Position numbers and translations under genes: made by a program. Source: Paraspadella gotoi (lineage: Eukaryota; Animalia; Chaetognatha). Taken from it: a stretch of 64,000 nt of DNA. The stretch's first letter is position 1, and each line of letters starts with the position of its first letter. Shown here one piece after another: positions 1 to 11,808 of this stretch. A model generated the notes under the pieces. It was not told the origin of the DNA. It did no database searches and saw only the letters and a program-made list of their open reading frames with translations. The stretch is taken from assembly GCA_051294375.1 (NCBI GenBank), contig CM119268.1:15983528-16047527 (forward strand), written 5' to 3'.

Positions 1-406
1 ATTCTTTAATGTAGTTAGTTACATTGGAGAGAAGAAATAAAAACAAGTATTAAATGATTTGATGAGAACATTTATTATTGAGAGTAAAAACAAGAGTGAA
101 AATCATTTGAATCAATCAGTTAAAGAAACAATCAAAACAATAGGTTTTTAAAAAGGCGGGAAACCATCTGGTGACTGCTGACTGATTAATATGAAACAAA
201 AGGTTTCCATATCTGATTATTAACTCAGATGGCCGCATGTATTTAAAATGTTGCAAAGATTTAAAGATAACATTGATTTTTACTGGAGTTGGAACGATTA
301 TTTTGACTAATTTGTTTTCTTTGATTGTTTAGATTGCGTGATTTGCTAGAATGGTTTTTAGTTTGTTTTTTTTTAAATTTTATTAATTAATTCTGAATGG
401 TCATAC

Positions 407-3400
407 CGACGAAATCCTTTTGCGCATTCTTCACGTCGGCCATCGACTCGATCGACGCGCGGAAGTTGATTTTGAGTCCAACGACGGCGACGGAGAGAAC
501 CATGATCGCCAAGTCGAACCTGTGGAGCGTGACGAAGCAAACGATTTGTCCGGGGGCTTAATACAAACTAACGGTCCAATCGATGTACGAATGGAGGGAA
601 TTTACTCGAGTTCAATCAAAGACGGGAAAAGATTTTTTTCTCTTAACTTAAGGGGAGGATAATCAATTTTTGGGCCTATATTCATTAGTTAGAGCTAATT
701 TTCTACTTTCGAACGTCGAAAACCGCAGCCCTCTATCTGTTCTGAAACCGGAGATATAGAAGTTACCAATGAAATTTCTTTGAAAAATTCCTTGTCAAAT
801 GTAGTGACGGAGGACTTTCATTTTTTGGTTACAATATCCTCTAGGTCCCACCGCATCCCTTTTTTTAATATTCCTCCATCTTCATAGTAGTCAACCGTTA
901 AGATCCGAAGAAATTAGGAAACTTAAATGAATGAAATAATTTGTGGGCCTAAATACTTGCGATAGAGTTAGTCAAACAATTTCCACACGAAGTTGCACTT
1001 TCACGTCAAGTGTAAACGTCATTCAGACTCTAGATTTTTTTGGCCGGCCAAACGGGCGAAGTTGTGGCTTAATAATTAACTCGGTCTGGAGGTTAATTTA
1101 TTATTCGTGAAGAACTTAAAACATAGCGATGCATTTCGACTACGACGACAATAAATTTAAACGATAAGAAACGAAGAGAATCTTCGAAATTCCAAAGACG
1201 ATGTCATCTCGCGGATTCGTTAGACTTTTTTTTCGACGAAGAATGAACGACTCGTTCTTGTTGTCGCTTTCGTCGTGGTCGTTGTTTTCTTCGTCCGCAA
1301 TGTCGTCGTCGTCGTCATTTTCAAAATTTCCCGCTCAAATGGCGACGGGTATCCGTCACCGTCGGTCCCTCCATCACCTTTTCAACAGCAGCAGCCTCAA
1401 CAACAGGGTTGGGCGCGACGAAGAAACGATACGCGAACTTTTCGGCGTCACCGTCCAATTTCGTCACGCGGTCCACGTCTCCCCGTTTCCGGACGTCGTC
1501 ATTCCTGAGGTAAATTTTATTTTCGAGGAACGAGAGAGATCCGGATAGCGGTTCTCCACCCTCTCTCCACATCCACCACTCTCACCACTCACCCAACCCT
1601 TCACTTTACCCAGACGGACCTCTACTCTCACGTCTTCGCCTCCCTCGACTCTTCCGTCGACCGCACCTGCGTCGTCAACTACTCCACCGGCGTCCAATGG
1701 ACTCTCAAACAGATGCGCGAGAATTCGGCGCGGCTCGGATCGGCGCTGGTCAAACGCGGACTGGCCGCGGGCGACGTCGTCGCCATCTTTTCGCCGAATT
1801 CGATTGAATTCGTGGCGACGATGATGGCGACGGTTGGAGTGGGGGCGATACTCACGCCCGCCAACTACGCATCCAACGCGATGGAATTGCGTCGCCAGGT
1901 TAAACGTGGATCTCCTGATCTTTTGTCAAAATTTTCGAGTTTCGAGGGACAATCACCATCACAATCACAATCAAAGGGGGCTCGGTCCGGGCATGGCTTT
2001 TGTCGCTTTCGGTGTGCCCGTCTTGGCATGCCTTTTGTCGCTTTCGGTGTGCCCGTCTAGGGCATAACTTTCCCTTTATTTTGTTATGTTTGTGCGGCAT
2101 GTCTCTTGCTCGGGCATGCCTTTTTATGCTATAAAAACGATGTTTTATGAGAGAATAAATAATAAATATTCGACTCATTCGAGTTTGAAAAAGATTTTAA
2201 ATCTAATCGTTGTCCTTCTTCTCCACCAGTTGGAACTTTCCGCCGCCAAATTCTTGGTGACGACGGCCGACCTCCACCCGGTCGCCAACGAGGCCGTCGA
2301 CGCCCCGCCGGCCCTGACCCAGACGCGCCTCGTCGTCACGGAGCGGCGCGTCGACGGCGTGGATTTCTTCGACGACCTCCTCGACGACCCCGGCGACGCC
2401 TTCCCGTCGGCGGAGGAGAGGCGCGCCGCTTTCGATCCCTCCACGCATCCGGCGATGCTGCCCTTCTCTTCGGGAACGACGGCGTTGCCCAAGGGAGTCG
2501 AGCTGACGCATCGGAATCTCGTGGCAAATATTTGCCAAGGAATTTCCAGGCGCGGCTTTTGGGCGGAACGATGAATAAAAATAAATAAACATTCTATCAA
2601 TCAATCAAGCTATCAATGAATGTATCAATTAATCCAACAATGAACCCATCAATGAATCTATCAATCAAATTAATCAAATAAATCAATCAACTTAATCAAA
2701 TCAATGAAGCCCTTGATATTTCTTTACTCAGTCCCGAAATTTTCGCCCCGTCGACCGACTTTCCCCGCGAGCGCCCTCTTGCCGTTCTTCCCATGTGGCA
2801 CGTCTACCAATCCTTCTTAACCCTGCTCAATTTGAAAAATGAAAACATGTCCGTGATCCTGCCCAAGTTCGAGCCGGACGCCTTCCTCCGATCGATATCC
2901 GAGTACAAATTGGACTTTCTGCCCATCGCTCCTCCTCTCGTCATCTTTTTGAACAAACATCCGAAGGTCCTCGATTACGATTTGTCTTCCGTCAGGGACA
3001 TTATCTCCGGCGCCGCCCCCCTTTCGTGAGATTGGTGTAAAAAGTTTAAAGTTTAGGCGTGGATACGATTTTAATTTATTTGCATTGAAATATTTATTTC
3101 AGCAAAGAAGTTCAACTCGTTTCCTCCAAAAAATTTCCTCAAGCCGTCGTCCGGCAGGTTGCGAACAAAGACAAATTTTTAAGCGACTGAAGACAATTTT
3201 AAAAACCTAATGAAATCTCTATCTCACCCCGACATCGTTAATTACTTCCATGCATTTATTGACTAATCAGGCCTGGGGAATGAGCGAATTGTCCCCCATG
3301 GCCACGTGCGACTTGGCGAGCAATCCCAAGCCGGGGTCTTGCGGTGTCGTCGTCGCCAACACGCAAATCAAAATCTTGGATTTGGAAACTCAAAAGAACG

Positions 3401-5150
3401 AATTGAACGAGGGCGAAGTCGGAGAAATTATCATAAAAGGGCCGCAGGTAGTAGTGATCTTAGCATTTGAGTGATCTTGTCGGTCAACTAATACGTAAAT
3501 CCAAAGAACTTCGGAACTGGATCTAGTGTGCTCACTTGAGCTTGATTGAGCGGATTTCTTTCAATTAACGGTTCACACATGCCGACCGTTAAATGAAAAA
3601 ACAACTCACATTTAGTAATATACATTAACTAGAACTTAAATCACTACCCCTTGGATATGATTGATTTGACTGTTCCTTCCATCGGCGCCGTCATAGCTCA
3701 CTGGGCTAACGCTTCTTCAAGGAACTCAATAGTCCGGGGTTGTCGGAACAATCCTTGTAAAAAAGAGTGACGGGCCGGTTAATCAACGGTTAATCAACGG
3801 TTAATCAACGTTAATCAACAATTACCGCCGGATCCCAAGTTCCGGAAAGCAAAGCAACTGGCGGATAAAACTGCCAGACCCACTAACCCAAATATTGAGA
3901 ATGTTTTACCCATGTTTTGTATACTTTTAATGGAATAAATGAATTATGTTATATACTTTTTTTCCTAGATAGTACTATACGCTGGATCACTTCACTCATA
4001 TTAAATGGACTCGTCCCGACTTTTTCAGGTGATGAAGGGATATTGGAACAATCCCGAGGAAACGAAAGCCATTTTCAAAGGCGAGTGGATGCACACGGGC
4101 GACATCGGAAAAGTGGACGCCGACCAACGCGTCTGGATCGTGGACAGACTCAAAGAGCTCATCAAGTACAAGGGTCATCAAGTGGCGCCGGCAGATTTGG
4201 AAGGGGTGCTGCTGACTCACCCTTCAATCGCTGACGCAGGGGTGATCGGAGTACCGGACGAAATCGCGGGGGAGGTAGAAACTGAATAGTATCGATCAAT
4301 CGGTCAAAAAAAATCAATCAAATCAGTCAAACGATAAATCAATCGATAAATCGATCAATTAATCAAACCATCATTCGATCAATCAATCTTCGAAGATCCC
4401 CCGAGCGTTTGTCCAACTCAAACCGGACGCGAAAGAAACGCCCGAAGATATTCAACGCTTCGTGGATGAAAAAGTAAACCCTCACTCGAAACTGAGAGGA
4501 GGCGTCGTCATCGTCGACGTCATCCCTAAATCCTCATCGGGAAAAATCCTTCGTAAAGACTTGCGGGAGAAATGACGGGCTGTGTGACTCATCGGGTAGT
4601 CGTGTCGAAATCTTCATGGTTCTCAGAATTATACATTTGTGGACGAACATATAGAACACGCAACCTCGGTCAAACCACTTGACCTTAACAACCTGACCCC
4701 GCTCGGTTCCCCCAGTTTATATGTGGTCAATTCGTTGACCTTTGTAAATACCATTGTAATAGACTTAGCATTCTGAGCATTTTGACTGTTATTGTTTTTT
4801 TTGTTTTTTCGTTTTATTTTGTATTTTTTTCACCGGGCTCACCACGTATGGACGACACAAGTTTCAGATCAAGAATGATTTATTCTTCAACAAGGTTATA
4901 AACAATAACAGTCAAAATGCTCAGAATGCTAAGTCTATTACAATGGTATTTACAAAGGTCAACGAATTGACCACATATAAACTGGGGGAACCGAGCGGGG
5001 TCAGGTTGTTAAGGTCAAGTGGTTTGACCGAGGTTGCGTGTTCTATATGTTCGTCCACACATTTATATTTTAGATGTATCTTCATTTTTAAGTTTATGAC
5101 ATGTCATAGTAAAGAAGTGTTTTTCAAAAAGATTGTAAATTTTTTCCTTT

Positions 5151-5214
<64 letters not shown>

Positions 5215-5629
5215 AACTCACCAGTTAAAGAATATTTTAAAGTATTCCAGCTTAAACTTGAGCAACTTGCTCATCTCCTGCACGAAGGTGACGAAGGTGA
5301 AGACGAAGAAGATGAGATAGAAGATGAGAACGAAGACTTCGCCGGCCGAGTCGCCGGACGCCGGGAGCCTTTGCGGGCGGAAATGGAAGGGAGGACGAAG
5401 AATGACACAAATTGTCACGATAATACAATCAATAATTTAAATGGCTGAAATATATTTTCATCCGGTGACAGTAAACGAGATGTATCAAAAAAATACGGGT
5501 GGGTAAATCTTAACTTACTTGACAACGATGAGAGAATTTTCGGAGGTTATTCGTCCGGTGGGATGAAAGTCGACTTTGAGTTGAATCTAAGCAGAAAAAC
5601 TTTAAGTTTTAATGTACCCAGGTATAAGG

Positions 5630-5681
<52 letters not shown>

Positions 5682-5971
5682 GTTCAAATTCTTGTGACCC
5701 TTATTGAAGGTCAACCTTACCAATATAGAGCGTGAAACTTACAACATTGAAATACTTGAGATTCGGGTTGTAGACAGAGAAGTCAACGAAGAGATGTCGC
5801 GTCGCTCTGTCCATCCAGTTGTGTTGCTTCATTTCGGCCAAGATCTTCTCAGCCGCTTGAGCTGCGTCTTTACCCATTGGAGGTAGATCCTGGATGAACC
5901 CGCTTTCTGAAAAGAGATGCGTGGGATGTTCATTGTTCCGTCCCGGTCCCTGTACGAGTTCTCTCTCCCTT

Positions 5972-6027
<56 letters not shown>

Positions 6028-9000
6028 CCTCCATCTATCTCCGTATAGTTCCAGGCCGTGAGGTCTGTCTGCGGCGGCGGGTCGTTGGAGGGCTGTTGTC
6101 CGTCGAGCAACTTCTTAACCTTGAGCAGCCCGAACGGCTCGACGTCGGCGTTGGCGTCGAGATACTCGGGGAAGCACTCCTTGATCTCGGTCTGGAAGTC
6201 GACGGTGATGACGCAGCCAAAGTTTTCTTTGACGCGCTGTTGTCGGAGTCTGGGGGGGTTTAAGATGGGGTCAGGGGAAATGGAGAGGAGGAGGAGGAGA
6301 AAAGGTGGGGGGAAGGTGGAGATAAGTGGAAAGACAGGGGATATTTGATAATCAGTTAATACTAAACGAACGATATATAATTGTTTAATTTTTCAAACGT
6401 GCTTTGAAAGAGAGAAATAAATCAATAAAAACTAAAAAAACGTATGCATTTTTCCTGAACTTTCAATATCAATTTCATAGTTATATCTAAATGAAGATCA
6501 CTTCATAATTTCTACGTATATATAATCAACTTCCAAAATTTACCTCGGCCTCCCGACCAGATGACTTCTCTCTTTGATCTTATCCTCCTCCTCGTACAGT
6601 CCTTCGATCAACGGAAGCTCTAGAAATCCCCAGACGTCGCCGATCGTCGTCATCCCCGTAAAGTCGTAGAAAAGGTTGAAGTGGACGCCCGCTTGTTCCA
6701 CCTTTTCCTCCACGAATGTCCCGGAGAAGATCTGAGTTCGGGTCGGATGAAAAGCGGTGGAAATAGATAAAAAGCAAATAGCGATTTCGTCTCTCCGGAT
6801 GAAACATTACTGAGACGTGCTTTAGTGTATTTTTCTAATGTTATTATAATCACAATCTAGCAAAAAAAGCTGATTCCTTTGCCACGCCTCGGGCTCGGTG
6901 GCCTTATATATGCACTATCCAATCGTACGTCCCCTGTTAAGAGCCCTCAGATTGTTATAAATCCCATTCCCTCTATTCCACCACCACCCACCAAGTTGTA
7001 AGTAAATAGGTCGATAGCTTAAAATTTCTCCCCGCCTCGCTACCCAACCAGATCCAAGGATCCAACCTTCTTGTATTTGAGGGGAGTCTCCTCTTCCCTG
7101 TAGGCATAAGCGCAGACGGAGAGACAGATGATGAAGGCGACGTGGATGATGAACTCCCTGATGACGACCTTGACGAATCTTCTGTCGATTCTCTCTCGAT
7201 CCGCGGTCGTCGACTTCTGCTTCTGTTTCTCCACGAAGGTTTTGTAATCGAGGACTTCGCCAAACGTGAAGAATCTCACCGCCAGAAGGTAGAACTGTGA
7301 AGATTGAATAAGGGATTCACCGGGGGGAGCGTTAGGGCGGAGTGTGGTGTGAGCCTTCGAGGAATGTGAACCGAGGGACGATTTTTCAGTCCTATACGAG
7401 TGAATAGTGAAAGTGAGCTGGTGGTACATGTTGGTAAGGCCTTGTTTTAGCGGCCTAAACAACAACAACAACAACGACAACAATAACAATAACAACAACA
7501 ACAACAACAACTTTACAACACGATCACCAAACAACGACTTTACCGTTTTGTGGTCAGTTAAACCTGACCAGGTAACTAGTTAATTGTGGCGATATATTCA
7601 CACCGCCTCACCGCCAATTCCATTGGCTCAGAGAGGGAACACACCATCCCAGGCGTAGTGTTCCATCCACAGTCCTAACGACTTCCCTCTGCGTTGGCAA
7701 AGCGAGACCGTCCTAGGGTAACCGCGCCAGTGACTGGAGGCGTCACTGTGGGTCGGAAGTCCCCAAAGCTAACAGTGAGATGCCCCATGCCAACGCGGCT
7801 GTTGCCATATAATCCACATTGTGACAAAAACAGTTGTGAACTTGTGATAACAGGATAATAAGTGGATGTAACGAGGTGCACGAACGATGCAGTAGATCGT
7901 AAACGAAAATACGTTATACTGGCCTTTGACGACCGAAATTATTTGATTGAATTCAATTGTTTCGTTAAATGGCACAAGAAACAAATAGCGTTTACCGCCA
8001 AACCATCACATTTAAATGCAAGAGCTCTCAAAAATAAAACAGCGTACTCCTGTTTCATTGGCAAAGCTGATACGAAAAACGTCGAATAAAAAAGCAAAAA
8101 GGAGGCTGAAGTCATTCAAATGACAACCGAAGAGAATGTATCTTTTTTATTCTTTAATTTTCGGAAGCCCCTAACGCCAACAGGTTTGATGTTCCACCCA
8201 GCTTGGCGTCAGAGGCAACCCGGCTGTTGCTCTGATATCGCCTTTGTTTGTGTCAGTATTATTTTTAAATATTTTTTTCCTTTTAAATATGATAACTAAT
8301 TACTAAAATAAAGATACATTTTCAAGATCGTCATCAACGCCTCTTTACAAGCACAGGTTTTGTCCGATGGTTACCAAGCTTTAACTTGTAAGTGTCGTGA
8401 ATTTGTTCCTTCATAAAATCGGTTGTTTTTCGAATTCTTACAAACCTTGTAAAGACGGAGGACTAAAGGCGACTGAATAATCGAAATTATCGAAAAAAAT
8501 TAGGCATTACCAATCAAACGACAAAATATGCTTGGTAAGTGCTTGAAATAATAAACTCATAACGAAAGGAACACTGGCCTTAAAGCCGGAGTTATGTCTT
8601 CATTCGAAAAGTCAGAAAAGAAGGGAACAAATAAACAAATCTCGGAGTCAAGGCGGCGCTAAGCGAGTTCAAAAAAGTTAAAGGATAAATTCATTGTATT
8701 GTTTATTTTATCAAGTTAGGATAAATAAATAAAGCTAACTCCAACTTTGCGCACGATTAGCGCCGGTTTCCCCCCCCCCCGAAAAAAAAATGAAGAGAAG
8801 TTTTTGTCAGCGACAAATAGCGACCTCCCTGTTACAGGAAACTTTTTTAAAAGTAAATCCCTGAAAGGGAAAAAAATTATTGCTATCTGCAAATGAAAAA
8901 TAAGTTTATTTTTGAGTCTTGACAATTACTCACGATCGCAGTGAATACATACTTTTTTCTACGTCTGAAAACTGTTGCCAGTAAAAGAAATTACGTCTAA

Positions 9001-9081
9001 CTTGGATTCCTCACCTGTTTTCTTATTCTGGAAGGTAACTAGTTCGACAATTTAAAGATTAATAAGCTGAAAATATCATAT

Positions 9082-9130
<49 letters not shown>

Positions 9131-9242
9131 AAATATATCAGTTACAAAACAATAAGTAAAATGATCCAACCTTTTCAGCTTTAGATCTTTCCAGAACCTC
9201 CGAAGTGGAATCTGTCCCCGATGATTGAACGGTGTTCGGCAT
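407..9242 (-). CDS. Polycystin-2 (PKD2/TRPP)-like cation channel, multi-exon, 3'-incomplete (S4-S6/pore exons lie beyond the left edge). Exons: 9242-9171 (putative first), 7294-7067, 6731-6544, 6249-6026, 5960(or 5949)-5743, 5586-5519, 5368-5222, 519-407
   Basis: The spliced translation gives S1 '[19 protein letters not shown]'. TOP-domain motifs follow: '[16 protein letters not shown]', '[13 protein letters not shown]...[10 protein letters not shown]', 'AWNY', '[36 protein letters not shown]'. S2-S3 reads '[34 protein letters not shown]|[14 protein letters not shown]'. All are colinear with PKD2-family sequences. GT-AG phases are consistent except for an acceptor ambiguity at 5949/5960. The first exon is tentative. 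Confidence 0.88.
1201..4575 (+). CDS. 4-coumarate-CoA ligase/firefly-luciferase-like acyl-CoA synthetase (ANL superfamily), ~621 aa, 8 exons: 1201-1509, 1614-1898, 2230-2549, 2732-3025, 3103-3157, 3271-3447, 4029-4274, 4396-4575
   Basis: Motifs [99 protein letters not shown] and [11 protein letters not shown]. Exon lengths sum to 1866 nt (in frame). Intron 3 requires a GC donor. The start ATG could be 1201 or a downstream in-frame ATG. Confidence 0.93.
1990..2066. repeat. ~35-bp tandem repeat (2+ copies) in ACS intron 2
   Basis: ggcatg(g/c)cttttgtcgctttcggtgtgcccgtct occurs twice, followed by a partial third copy. Confidence 0.8.
3777..3819. repeat. 11-bp minisatellite (GGTTAATCAAC)x4
   Basis: Directly visible. 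Confidence 0.85.
4638..5059. mobile_element. Non-autonomous foldback/MITE with 160-bp TIRs, TGT...ACA ends and a 4-bp TSD (Ginger-like)
   Basis: 4638-4797 is the reverse complement of 4900-5059, with a 102-bp spacer. CATT flanks both sides (4634-4637 and 5060-5063). Confidence 0.75.
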
Positions 9243-9400
9243 TGTTTGTATTAAGTGTTTTGTTTTTACTGTACTCTTACTGTTCTTTATTTGGCGACAA
9301 CACGTATTACGTCGAAACAATTCATAAAATTTGAAACTGAATCTGACTGGTTGTTTTTCAGGGCGGTGACTCGCCTTTTCTCCTTACCAAACCAGTTTTG

Positions 9401-9450
<50 letters not shown>

Positions 9451-10871
9451 AAAGATAATCTCCAACGGAGAGGTTCTTCGAAAATTTAATAATTCCTTAA
9501 TGTGTTTTTATAACTAGTTTTAAGTTTAGTTACTTAGTGACTTTCTAGCAGTCGAATAACAGGTATTCTAGGCAATTTGGACTCTGATAGTTTTTATTCT
9601 AGATTTTCCAAAAATTATTAAGAACTACTGTGCGCTGTGTGACAAAACCCGACTTTTCGATGGTGAAATTTTTATTTTCTTTTCTTTATTTTTGTCCCAA
9701 ATCTAGTTTCACCCGAGGAACGCTCTTCTGAATAAAATCAGAGCCTTTTAAACCCCTCACGTTGAATTTAATTTATTTTCTTCAAAAAATTAAGCTTCCA
9801 CAAGTCCGTATTTTACTATTATTAAATTATTGCTAAAACTTCTGTAGCTTTATTTTCTCGCATACGTTATTGTTTCATTTTGTTTTGTCTCATTTTACTA
9901 CCTGGAATTGTAGGTATTTGTTGTTTAGAATAAGGTAAGGCTGAATTGAGAGTTTAATGTCATTTAAATGACAAGAAAATAAAACTTTTTTACTGTATTT
10001 CGCTAAATGGTCAATATTAGTTTCTTTATTTGCAAGTGTAAGAAGTAAAAAAAATCATTTTTTCGTCTAAAATTGTATTTATACAATACAGAAACGAACA
10101 AAACCAAATGTTGAAGACAAGTTATTCCAGAAGTCACAATTTCCTAAACTCAAAGTGATTAACAGATCGACATGTTTCGATTGAGTTGTTACGTTCGTAT
10201 TCACAGGATACAAAAATCAGTGATTGAATGAAGTTAATGATAGCCAATACTATTTTTTTATTGTTCCGTATGTATTTCATTCAAATTGAATCTAACTCCG
10301 AGTAAGGTAAGCCGAGTTCAATCGCTTTTTTACGGAGAATCAGTGTCATTGACCCCCAAAGATCGAGGACTTTTTTCATTGGTGATTGCTGCGAGTTAAA
10401 TACCAACGCCGAATCGATAATTACCAATCCCGAAGTGAAAATGTTAGCCAATGAAAATGAAATATAGAAGTAACTGAATCATGCCTAGGATAATTAATTT
10501 CATTCACCGTAATAATACCAACTTTAAGCATTACGAATGTATGCAATATGCGAACAAGATGCGAATTAAAGTACGAACAAGATCGTTATGAGACTCAATC
10601 AGATACAACATAAAGTTTCCATAAAATCATAAAAATGAATTTTTTTTTCTTCGTACGAAAAGTTAAATATTCAAATCCTAACACAGTTATGAGTTACTGA
10701 AAAAAAATAAAGTAGGATACCCCAAAACGAGGCTTTTCTTTTGTGTAAACAACTAAACATACTGCATTGAATTTTAACGAGATTATTTTTTTGTCAATCG
10801 CCGATAGACTCCAGAACGAGTATTTTCGTTCGGTCATCGACTAATTCCAAAACGAGGCATTTTCTCCCAAT

Positions 10872-11771
10872 TTAAACGTCGACTGCGCATCTTTTCTCCG
10901 AATCATCGCTCGAGGTCGAAGTCTTGATCCGCATCACGCGCATGCCTACGATTTCTTCGTACCGACGAGGCTGTAGGAGCTGCAGCTGCTGCTGTTGCCG
11001 CTGATTTGAATTGAGTTTTTTCTGCGGCGTCCCGCGCTGCTGCGGCAGCTGCTGCAGATGGCACCCTCGTCTATCCTGGCCTCGCCCATCCGGCGACAGG
11101 GTCGGGCTGGAACCGGAAGGCGTACTTGGCGTCGGCGGTGGCGTAGGCGTGACCGCGTCGGCGGGCAGAGGCGGCGTGCTGGGCCGAGAGGGCATGCTGG
11201 GAGTGGGCGGAGTGGAAGGCGTGGAGGATGGGGTCGATGGAGTGCGCAGGGTGGTCGGAGTTGTAGGAGTGGTGGGATATGAGACTAATGGTGTGTCGTC
11301 GTCCGTCTCACGCGACGTGAAGACCCCGTCTGTTTCACTTCCGGTCATCAGTGGATGGCGTTCGACCGGGCGGCGTTGGCGGCGACGGGTTGGGGCGGAA
11401 GAAGGCGGTGGCGGATCAGATCCGGCGGCGAAACGGAGCGGGGATACGGGGGGAGCTGGGTGAACGGCGAAGGTGAGGGATTCGGCGGCGGAAGGTGACC
11501 GCCTTTATTAGAGGTTGGGAGGGGGCGGGGTAAAAGGTAGGGAGAGGAAATGCAATTTTCTATTCTCGCAATATATACGCATTTTTTTAAATTATATTGA
11601 GAAAACGGAATTATAAATTAAAAAAAAAAAACACCTTTTAAAGACTAGTTGTGAGAGAAAAAAAAAATTTTCATCAGGAATTGTGAAAGATTATTTTTAT
11701 CTCTAAAAGAAATGATGAGCCGATGTTGAACCAGATAAGGAATTGACTTTTCCCTCCCTTTCTCTCTCTCA

Positions 11772-11808
<37 letters not shown>

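Noticed and set aside
3686-3745. tRNA-like head (gccgtcatagctcactgg)
   Set aside because: A-box-like only; no T-arm/B-box or cloverleaf, so at most a SINE remnant
8375-8462. Possible additional 5' exon of the polycystin gene
   Set aside because: It is open with AG/GT ends, but its phase-1 donor does not fit the next modelled exon and there is no homology support
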